Shown piece after piece: positions 33,557 to 45,100 of a stretch of 64,000 bases of DNA; positions within the stretch are counted from its first letter, which is position 1; every line of letters begins with the position of its first letter. The stretch spans positions 310,001 through 374,000 of the forward strand of contig LSRY02000058.1 of assembly GCA_001643675.2 (NCBI GenBank). The letters are read 5' to 3'. The stretch is from Monocercomonoides exilis PA203. Lineage: Eukaryota > Protista > Preaxostyla. A program made the translations under genes and the position numbers. The notes beneath the pieces were generated by a model that had not been told where the DNA came from, made no database searches, and saw nothing but the letters and a program-made list of their open reading frames with translations.

Positions 33557-34952
33557 ATGGAAATTTTTTCAAGTTTGATTTGTTTAATTTTTCAAAAAAA
33601 AAAAATGGTAATTTTACGTTTTCAATCCTAAGGATTGTTTCGTGAACTGGAACATTGCAGAGAAGATGAACAGAAACAGAAAATAGAGGAAATGAAAAGA
33701 GTGATTGATTTCATGAATGGAGAAAGATTTCAATCCTTGTTCACAGAAGAACTATTCAACGAAATAGATGATGCGATTGAAAATGAGAAACTTTCAATAG
33801 AAAATGCAATCTTGTTGTTGAAGCATATTGGAAATTACAAAGTACTGATAAACCTATCAAATTTAGCCTTTGATGAATCATCATTGAACGAAAGATTTAA
33901 GAAGATGATGATAAAAGAAAACGAGAAGAAAAAAGAAGAAAAGGATGAAAAGCTTATGACCGATCTTTGCGAATGTTATCTTTTTTTCAACTGCACATCT
34001 TCATCGGAATTAATATCAATTTGTGTGCCTTGCCTTTTGAAAGTTGCGTTGAAGAAAGAAGAAAGCGAGGAAGTCCAAAAGGAAGTTGAAATGTCCTTAC
34101 TAGCATTGAGTTGCGTTGATGAGCTTTATGTATGAGCATTTCTATTTTATTTTTGATATTATTGATTTTTTTCTTGTTTCTGATAAGGAAGTTGAAAGGG
34201 GCCTTTTCCTTAATGAAATTAAAGAGATCATTAAATATCATCAGAAACATCACAATCTGACACAAAATGCTTGTCACTCTGCTTGGAAGTTTTTGATGGA
34301 TAGATTAGTATTCGACAAAAGCTTGGAAGGAATGATTGTGAATGAGCTTCATTTCGCGAAAGAAGCAGGAAGAGAATTGGAAGATCTAATTTTGAGCACA
34401 GATTGGAAGAGGAAAGAAGAGGAAAATGGAAGAAAGGAAGCGAAAGAAGTGCTTATTAACAGGAGATGGATCAAATTATTGAAATATTTCTTCGGCATAT
34501 GCAAATTGTGGAGTGAAGAATATTCTGGGCTTATCAACAGCATTGTGAAAGTATTTCAAGCATCAAGGGATAATTACAGAGAAATCAGTTGCAAGTACAT
34601 TTTTTCATTAGGAAAAGCAGCAGAAAATAGAGCTGTAAAAGCTGAAGACTTGCTGAAAGGAGGAGCAGTTGAAATTATTTTGGAGGAGATTCAGCAGCCA
34701 ATAATTGATCACGATTTTATGTGGAATTGTTTGGTTTTCTTTTTGAATATTTCGGAAGGACTGAAAGAAGAGGAGGATAAAGAAAATGAAAACGAAAAAA
34801 GAAAGGCAACCAAAAAGAAGATGTTTGACAAACTGGAAGAAGAAGGATATGAAGATGCCATCACAAGCTTTTATAAAATACTTCCATTTTTTAGATGGAG
34901 TTATTGTATTATATTGTCGTTGGATATTTCTGATTATTTCGTGAATGTTTGA
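33557..34952 (+). CDS. Uncharacterised helical-repeat-like family protein, copy 4 (~425 aa)
   Basis: Exons 33557-33572, 33633-34129, 34188-34952 (introns 60 and 58 nt). The start could be 33541 if the T-run at 33564-33569 has a 1-nt error. Motifs CVPCLLKVALKKEESEEVQKEVEMSLLAL, EIIKYHQKHHNLTQNACHSAW, VNELHFAKEA, KLEEEGYED, SDYFVNV*. Confidence 0.85.
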
Positions 34953-35243
34953 GAAAATGAGATATTTTACATTTTTTTCTCTTAATTTCAATTTTTGCTT
35001 TTTGATTATTTCCTTTATCTGCAAATGGCTGTTTGCAGCCTTTATCAATTGAAATTTATTATTGGATTGTCTGATGAATTATCAGCAACTGGTGTAAATG
35101 TCCGAGAAAATGAAAAGTTATTTATTCTGTAACTCAAGTTTTTTATTTATTTTTTAACAATCATTTCACAAAATGGAAATGAAAACATTTGAAGAGTTAA
35201 AATTGATAATCATTTTATAATTTTATATTAAAATTATGTGAAT

Positions 35244-35267
35244 CAACAACAACAACAACAACAACAA
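35244..35267. repeat. (CAA)8 microsatellite
   Basis: Direct reading. Confidence 0.9.
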
Positions 35268-35635
35268 AGAAAAGAAAAGAAAAAAGAATGCATCATTTAT
35301 TTTCAGCAATTTGAAACGAGCTTATTCCTCAATTGATTTGTCTTTTCTTTTGCTTCTATATAAAAATTTCACTTTCTTATTCATTCGCCAAATTTTTTAT
35401 TCTTTCGTCTGATTTTTTTAAAAATAGTGATTTTTTTTTTATTTCTGTTCTTGTTCAACTGGATTCGATGTTATTCCAAAGAACAAAAGAAGAGAATTCA
35501 AAGAATGAGGAACTGCGAAATAGAAGCTATTGAAAAGATGAATAAACACACTGAAGCAAAGCTGAACCTTTCTTAAAGGTGAAAATAAGATAGTTTGGAG
35601 AAAGAAATTATATCTTCCAAATGATTAACACAAAA

Positions 35636-35638
<3 letters not shown>

Positions 35639-35726
<88 letters not shown>
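35639..35726. repeat. Perfect (CA)44 microsatellite
   Basis: Direct reading, 88 nt. Confidence 0.97.
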
Positions 35727-35730
<4 letters not shown>

Positions 35731-36172
35731 ACTTATTTGAGAGATTTTCAATTCGTTTCTATATGACTCTTAAATTTCTTCCACACATCTTTTGCAGTTG
35801 TTGTTAAGAACATAATTACTTTTAACGAAAAACAGTTTGACTTTCATTAATATCTCGTTTTTTCGTTCTTGGTTTTCTTGATAATCCTTGATGTTGCAAC
35901 TAGTTTCATATTTTAATTTGTCTGAGGTGATGGAAAGGATAATTCAACACAGTCAGCAAATGTTTTAGATCCGTGAAGAAAATTTCAAAAAAAAAAAATA
36001 ATCATGCATTATTTTTTAAAGTCTATTCTTTGAGCATTTACTGAAAGGTTAAATAAATTCAATTAAAATTTAGTCATAAAAAATTGTAAAACATTACACG
36101 AAAAATTTAACGAAAAATATAAACGAAAGTTAAAAAAATATCCTATAATATTCCTAATATTCAAATAAAATG

Positions 36173-39100
36173 TTACAAACGAACTTTTGGACCCCAAACA
36201 CTTTCAAACTCTCTCATTTCATCAGCACTGAAGTCGATGTACAGCCTGCCACCCCCCATTACCAAATCCTTAAACCCTGGAGTTGTCACGATTACTTCAA
36301 ACTCTGGTGCAGTCATCAAAAATGAAGAATATACAACAGTGCTGCATCCAACGCGTGAAGAAGAATCGATATTGGTTAAAGTTGAAGCGGTCTCAGAGTC
36401 AAACACAGGAAACGTTACTCTGTTGGAGTCCAAGAAATCCGATTCCCTAATATTCTGTTCCTTTTGCACATTTGTTTGATTTTGATTCATAGTGCCACTT
36501 CCAAAGCGAGCAGCAAATGTTTGGAAGTAATGAGTGTGAAACATACTAATTGGAGGGAGGGCTGTAAACTGGAATCGCACCGATGCTGCTGGATTGATAA
36601 CTTCTGAAAGACGAGGCCGCTGGAGTGACAGCTTTAGAATTGGGTACTGCGTCAAATTCGGAGGAAGCAATGGTATATTTGGCAGTTCTGAGAAACACCC
36701 ATTCACAAAATCCCAAGCGCATCCATACATTTTTATCCCCGTGATTAAAAAGCCATCACTTGGAATTTTTGATTGTGGAATTCGTTCTTTTGGATTGTGA
36801 GCCACAAATGAAAGTGAGAGAAGGCTTATATCATCGGCCTCTATGAAGCTATGCGAAATAGACCTGCTCATTTCTGTTCGCAGGCAGACAACAAGAGCTT
36901 TTGGAGCAAAAAACAGGTTGAGAGGAATTACTGGCTGTCTCTTTTTCAACCAGGAGATTGCGAAGCTACTGCCCATTCGAAGCCAAGCAGCAGTTTCTGT
37001 GTTTGAAACAGGCAAGTAGCGCGGAAGTGAAGCGTTCATAAGAAGCGAAGCAGTCAATTTTCCCATTGAAACTATTCCGAATGGATTTGAATGATTGGAA
37101 AAATGATTTGTTTGCTTTGTGAGAAACAGCGACTGTGCACAAGAACGAGATTGGATTGAGGAGACAACACGAAGCATGCAATAAAGCTCACCAAACATGC
37201 ACCGATCTACAGAGGAGCGAAACATGGAAGATGATGTGCCGAAGTTAGCAATGGCTCTCCTCATAACTGGAATACTTGGCAAAGCAGTGATAAGCTGCCA
37301 TTCGTTGTTGAACCAATCACGGATGCTTGCAAACAGTGGGACATCTTTTGAGTTCTGATGAGCAACTGTTGTGAGGCAACGCATCGTCAACAGAGAGCTC
37401 TCAGCAATTGCTTTGTTGGCGATTGTAGGCGACTGGATGAATGCGGTCAGCTGGGTTGCATGCTTCATTAATGACAGAACTCGGGACAATGCATGCTTTC
37501 TATCAAAAGTGGAATAAGCCATCTGACTGTCCAACACAAACGATGGTGCTTCTCCTCTGTAAAATGTGAAATTCGGAGATGCTTCTTCAAGTATATCCAC
37601 AACTGGAGAACCAATCAGAGGAGAGGAGGACGCCGAAGAAGAAGGAGAAGATGCAGGAGTTGAAGAAGCGGAAGTTGAAGAAGAAGAAGAAGAGCGATAA
37701 TTCAACAGAGCAGAAGTTGATTGTTGCAGTCTTTCTTGGTATCTGAAAACAGCGTCTCTAACAAATGGGAAATCAAAGAAATCAAAATCAGGCTGGAATA
37801 TCCGAGGAGAGAAGTAGTGCTTGAGGAGATGCATGATATATTGAATATCGTCTGAGTTGATTCCGAACCTGGAGACAAGATGAATGAACAGAGAGACTAT
37901 CAGCCAAGAAAAGTCAATATCAAGCGAAGGCATCACAGAAGCACCGTTGCTCGAGATCCAGCTATTAACAACTTCTCTCATTATTGAAAGTAGCTTAAGA
38001 AATCCAACTTGATTATACAGCTGCTGTCCGAGAATAATTGCTCTGACCCGCAAAAAGGAATAAATAAATACCAAAGAGAAAAGAAGAGTGCCCCAGCGAG
38101 GAAAGAGCGGATGATGGGCATGCTCTGCTGGGATCCACGAGATAACTGTTGCAAGGCAAAGCGGATAAGACACGATATTGTGGCAGTCAAGAATGAGAAG
38201 CGGAACCATGAAAGACGGGTTGTACGCGAGCGGCTGTGTGAGAGACTGGGAAACGAGCACAAACCTAGTGGCAGAATCACTGCGCTGAGGAAGAATAGGC
38301 TGTAAATAGCGCTCTTCTGAAGAAAGATACAAAGTGGAAAGAGCACCAGTTGAAGAAGAAGTTGAAGAAGAATTAGAAGAAGAAGATGAAGAAGATAATT
38401 TTGAGCTTGCCTTTGAATCACCAGAAAACGAAGAAGATGAAGAAGTTGTGGTAGAAGAAGAAGATGCTGCGCTTCCTGTCTGTTTTGTCCTTTTGTCTTT
38501 GAGATGTTGAGGAAACACACCAGAAACCATTGATGTTCTATCAGGAATCCCGTAGATGAAGAACTTCCAGTGCAATAATTCTGCTTTCGAGATGATTGGC
38601 TGAATAACAACAAATTCGCCTTGAAGAAATTTCTGTTGTGTCTGATTCTTCTGCAATAACGATGATTGCTTTGAATTCAACTGCAGATAAGATCCTCCGT
38701 CAGTTGTTGTACTTGTCAAAGATTCAGCCGAGCTGTCTTTTCCCTGATGAGTTATAAGCAGCGATGCAATTGTGGACAGCCTCCAGTTCGTCTCTGTCTG
38801 ACGGGTGTGCTTTGCTTGAGCCTGAAGATGCGAGTTGTCACTTGGTGTCTGCGCATTTGCAATCCATTCACTGTCTAAGTAAAAGTTTATAAACGACATA
38901 AATTTGGGATCTGCAGTTATCAGAATTGGTGAAGCAAGTGCAGATGGGCGATTTGAAGGCATTGATAGGAATGCATCAAAAGCAAATGGGAATAGAGGTG
39001 AATACGGAGAGACATGTGCTTTATGATAATACGATCTTTCAGTCGAAGCCAGAACAAAACCTTTTTTCCCATCCTTTCGCGCATTCGGAAAAGAGAACAA

Positions 39101-42100
39101 AACTTGTCCAGGAGGCAGAGAGTCCACATCTCTAACAAAGCGCCTATAACTGCCTCCAATCGGCTTTTCGTCTGAAGAAGAATTAACCGTATCTGATCCT
39201 AGGCAAGTCTTGTTTTTCACAGGGTAGATTGAAAAGTTGCCAATTGGCATAATATTTAATGAAGAAAGTGCCTCAAGGATATTTGGCTTCTCTCCTTGTT
39301 TCATTAAAGGAAGAGTCAAAAAGATAAGCTGATTTGAGTTATAGCAGGGAACAGCGTCTGGCTGCATGCTGTTCTTTATTCTCTCGCTGTGAGAAGAGAC
39401 AGCGATGCTTATGTCTGTAACCATATCTGCACAGGATGCGAGAGATCGTTCTCTTATCACCTGAACAGGAATGTTAAACAGAAGCGTGTGCTCACGATGG
39501 ATGGAAGAGGCAGACATGTCAAAACGGTGCGGCATGATCGAATCAATTCGTTTGCTGTTGAAGGATCCATTTTTCGTGAAGTCAAGCGACTTTCTACGCG
39601 CTTGCAACGGAAAAGAAGATTCTGAATCTGCTTCGAGTTGAGGATGCGATCTTCTGTTTGAATCAGACTGCGAGAAAGCGATAAAGCTGAGCATGTCACT
39701 AACATTCATGGCAGAATACAAAAATGTTACACAGTTTGGCGATGTAGTCTTGGCTGAAATTGCAATTTGCGTGTCTACCATATCGATCGATGGCACAACA
39801 AAGCCAAGCATCCCCGCTTTGAACGCTTCTAATGCATATGCCAAACGATGCGGAGCGAGATATGCAATGATCAGGAGGCGCTGGAATGAAGTTAAGTGTT
39901 CATCGAGTCTGTCTGGGAATGGTTGGCTATCAGGCGATAGAGACACAATCCATTTTATCCATTCTTTTGGATGTGAAGCAAAGGATTCCAACAAACGAGG
40001 CGATGATTGCGAAGAATAAAAAGAATTTGGATGTAACGAAGTTGAATTTGAAGAATGCAACTGAAACTCTCCTAATGAAAGATAGTTGTAATTGCCACCA
40101 GAAGATGTTTGCCTCTGATCGCCTTCGTTATTTCTATATGGATGTTCTTTTCCTCGTAAAAGATAATCGAGCGTTTTGATTGAATTACCAATGTATGAAT
40201 CTTTGATGATTGGAAAATCTTCCTCCACTTTTGCCAATAGCAAAGACTCGCTGCATTCTTTTGGGAAATGAAAAACGGGTGTTGATAAAAACACTTTCAG
40301 CCACTTTTCGTAAAATTCGTTGTCAGCAAACAAACTGAAATCTTTGCGTATAGGCTTCGGAATGCACTGAGCTCTGCGCCTCTTTGCTGAAAAAGTTGTC
40401 GGTTTCCACATTTTTCTTTCTCTTCGCTTTCTTTCTTTTGTCTCCGGGAATGTTGCTGTCATTTCATTTATGCTGTTTCTAAGAAGCGCAAATAAAGGCA
40501 GAATATTTGACAGATAATGGTCAGCTTGCTTTTTGGAAGTATCAGTGTACCCAACGTTGATTGAATGCAGCACACGATCCAGAAACTGTGAGGCAACTTG
40601 CCGAAGAAGAATTGAAAGCTGCTTTTTGTAAACTGAGGCTGAAGCAGCAGCAGAAGAAGAAGAACTTGAATGCTTTTTGGAATCAGAAGATAATTTTCCA
40701 AGAAGGCCTAATCGCTCAATTGAAAGAATAAACGGCTGATCGAATCCTTGTTTAAAAGTCCACAAGATTGAATTATCGCCAATTTTCTCATATTTTTCTT
40801 TTTCATCGATTTGAGGCGTCACAAGCTCGCCTGTCGCTGCCAATGCACCTGCCACAAGATGTCTGTGCTTTTCTGTGGAGCGTCTCATTGTGTCCATAAC
40901 AAGTCTGATTGAATCCAAAAGAAGAGTGAAGAACTGGATGTTGGAAGGAATGGAATATGTGAAATAGATATATGAGATTATTGAAACAATCGAAACATGA
41001 TGGAGATCATCCAGATTGTTTGTGTTAATGCATGTGATTACCGCTTCGTGAACATTCATCACAAATTGTGCAATGCTGTCGAGGCACAGAATCTCTCTTT
41101 CTGCTTTGACGAGATTGTTTTCTTCTGCTATGATTACGTTCAACGTTGATGTTGCCTTCATTGTTACACTGCTGCATACGCTGAAGAAGTTTCCACTTGG
41201 ATTTGTTCTCAGCTGCATCAAAAGGTCAATAAATTCTTTCACGTTTTCGTTCAAGCGACGCGACAGCGCACAGCATGTACTCAGAATCTCTCGCCGCTTC
41301 TCAACAAGCTCAGGAATAATTGTAGGCGCAAGAAAATGATAGATCAAATTTGGCTTGAAGGCTGACTCCTTGTTTCTGAATGGGCACCAGTTGATGATGA
41401 TGCAATTACAATACAATACTGTATCAGCAAGTGAACTGTAATATCTCGGAATGAATGTGATCTCATCTTGAATAAACAGAATGAGCCGGAAACCAGGGTG
41501 CACATCAAGTTCTCTACCTGCAAACGTTACTGGCTGAACAGGAGCAGAGAATGAGCATATTGCAAGTGTGTCCAGCAGTTGGAAGAGAGATTCATAGTGT
41601 TCTCGTTGCAGACTCAACTGCAAATCTGTGTACTCCACAAGCAACGGATAGCCTCTGAGCATTGCCAAAAGAGCATCCTCAGGAAATGCATTGTGGAGGA
41701 TGTTAGTGGTGACTACTGGAGTCACAGCACGGAATCGTCTTGTCACCCATTGAAGTGCTGTGCCAAGCGGATCAATGAAAACTAGCGGCTTTGTAGAAGG
41801 TATCCGAAAGGCTGCAGCTGCGCACATCAGAGATTGCTCGTCCGGGGGGACACCTTCTGTGAGATGGCGCAAACATTGAGTGGGACCATTCAATGTTGCC
41901 CAGATTGGGCGAAGGATTGGCCGGATCATGTGGGTGTAGTGCTTAACAGGTGAAGCCAGAAATGGAATTGTTCCGTCATCCAGAATATCCAACCCACCAC
42001 ACAAATCAGAGTCGCTGAAAGATGTTCGCATCAGCTTTGAAAAGGATGGAGGCTCATCTTGCTCGTTTGAATATTTTCTTTTTTTGCATTTTTTCTTTTC

Positions 42101-45100
42101 TGTTATTTGATAAAAGTAATCCTCATCCACTTCTTCAAATTCGCTATTTGGCTGGTCACTTGCATATCGATCTCCACTCCATTCATCTTCTGTTGAAAGA
42201 TCCGAGTTTGTGCTGCTCGAATCGTCATCTTCACTTTCATCAATCTCATTTTGTCCACTTCCCTTTCCAAAAGATTGCCGTCGTCTTTCATAACTTCCCT
42301 GAGCAAATTCCTCATTTCTTGTTTTGTTGTTAAATGTGAGTGTGCTAAGACGAGGGACATCAGGAGCAAGTGTTGTGAACGAAGAATTGAAAGAGACATG
42401 TGGTTGCTGAGGTTCAAAGCCTTGTATCTTTGATTTTTTATCTGAACTATAAAATTCATCATTGTCCAGTGCGATATCAGATGCACACTCCTTTTGATTA
42501 TTTTTGTTCTCTCTTTTTTGAGGTTTCCAAGATGCCTTCTGAAGCATTGCAACCAACTTGTTTCTTTGAGCACGGGGAGATGATTCTGTTGAGCTATCTG
42601 TTGAATCCGAGTCGTATGAAAAAGGCATATTCGAAGTCTTCCATGAAGAAGCAGAAGTTGAGCGTGGAGTCATCAGGGATTCTCTGCTACTTGCACTTTT
42701 TCTTCTCAACTCATGCAAATCCATTCCCATAAAGCTCGTGTCAAAGTACGATCCATCCTTCGCATAGGCTATTTCAGCTTCTTCGAGTATCAAACTCCAT
42801 CGTCTAACCATCGTCTCCCATTCATCAACATGCAGAAAGCCGTTGAATGCCAGAAACGCTGCAGCAAGCATTGAATCTCCACGGCATGTCCTCATCGCCC
42901 TTTCTACAGCAAGCGTCTTCTCTCTCCAGTGGGCAATTGTGTGGGTTATCTGCTTACTCTCGTTCTGCAGCTCAATTGCTTGACTCACCCTGCCATCGAA
43001 TCTGAAATCATCGTCATCGATTTTGGATCGTGTTACGTTTGTTCGAATTCCAGTGAGTTTGGTGACAGCTTGCAATGCAGCACTCAGACGCTGCTGAAGC
43101 TCGTCAAGATCAGACAAGTAGGAGCGAAGTATTCTCAGCTCTGTTTTATACTCTGATGCATGCTGTTGAAGTCTGAGAAACTTTGGTTTTGTTCCTTTGT
43201 TGACAGAGTGGTATGCAAGGAGTGCATCGATAAAATGGAAAATCCCTACAAGCTCACCACACACCTTCTCAATTTCATCTTCTCTGTATCGCTCTGCTGA
43301 CACATACGGTTCAAGAAGCTCCGCCTGCTCTTCGGTCAGTGTGTCCAGAGGGTACTCCATAAGCTGCTTGATGAATGTCATGTCCTGAATGAGCACAATC
43401 GAGTGGCGATAGCTGTCTGCAATCTGATTGTCGATTGGGTCGATGGTAACCTCATTCATCTTCCTTCTCAACACAATCAGAACCATATCGAACACCCGCT
43501 TTAAAAACACAGGAGGGTTTGGCAGTTTACGGAGCCATGCAAGATGAGCTGGTTGCACTTTATTTAGAGATTCATTTGCGTGTATAAGAGCCGGTCTTGC
43601 ATTCATAAGTTCCTCCTCCACCACAGCACGTTCTGCTTTCACCTTTGCAGCAATCTCATTCACAACTTTCTGCTGTTCAACCACTTTTCGTGCAAGTCCG
43701 GTGAGTTCAATGGAGATTTCAGAGATGGAAGCCATGAGCGGTGGCAGAATCTCCGACAGTCCTGTTTTCGAAGACATTAATTCTCGAATGTGGAGCCTTT
43801 GCCCAACAATATGAACATGAATTTGTGTCAACTTTGAGATTTGATTCTGCAAAGTGAGCAAGGCAAAACGAAGTGCTTTCACACGCCTATCATAAATATC
43901 AGTTGCTGAATGCACAAGCGAAATAAAGAAAGCAGGAATTCCATAAGAAGCATGCAGCAGCACAGATGAGATGCTCTTTGAACGATCTGCAAAGTATGAT
44001 GCAGTCTCTCTCACACTCGCGTACATTGCTGAGAAGCAGAGATAGAAACGCTCCATTTCAGTCCGTTTAATCTCTCGAAGCAGTTGCACTGGACCAGGAA
44101 TCACAGAGTGCTTTGAAATAGCAAAGGGAGGACTTTCAAAGCAGGTCACAATATCATTTGGATCAGTGGAACGTGTTGAGTGCAGGTAGAATATCCAAAG
44201 TTCTTCTCTCTCTTCTTTCATTGTTGCTTCATTCACATTATTCACCATCTGTGAAGCTGTTCTCTTTTGCCTCACAAACTTCCCATTTGTAAAAATGATT
44301 GAAGGCTGCTTCAAAGCGAACTTGTTGAACTGTTCTAAAACATAGGCATTTGCTTCTCTCTTCCAATATGATGCTCCATAATGACCGGATTCCACTTTCC
44401 TCGCAGAACGGAGAGGCCGAACAATTCCTCTGCCTTGAGAGCTAAATGCACGAAGACTCGAACCTCCATAACGTTTCGAGTCGACTTTGCTTTTGATATT
44501 TCCATCCAGCCAGTATAAATTCCCCTTTATTATCATTCCTTTTGCTCTTGCTCTTCTTCTTCTTCTTCTCTTTTTCCCATTCTCATTTTCTTCTTCTCCA
44601 GATGCATCTTGTTTACTGTCAGATTCTCCATCATCTTCCCGCGCTGCTGTTCTCTGAATACCAATTGGAGAGCCATAAATTGGCTGAGCCAACGAAGATG
44701 GAGGTGGATAGCCAAATCTCGAGTGCAGGCCAAGCTTTGAAGGAGGAGGAATACCAGGAGGAAGCCACCTGAGATTGTATCCCCCGTTCAATCTGAGCTT
44801 TTCGGATTCTTTTCTCCGCTGACTTTCTTTAAAAGTGACAATTGTTCTCGCCCAATCAGGAAGCTTATCTTTCTTTTTCTGGGAATTAAGTTCGAATGGC
44901 GATCTTGGAACTGGCGACAAAGATGATCCCCTCCGAACATTCTCAGAAGACAATGATTCTTGTGTCACATATGATGATGAAGGGGAAGTTTCTGTTGGAG
45001 TAAGTGAGGGTAAGATGACTTTTCTTGTTGATCTCTGCGGAGTGCTAAGGGCTTGCGAATCGTTTGACAAGTCTTTTGTTTCTGATGAAGTCACCGTTGA

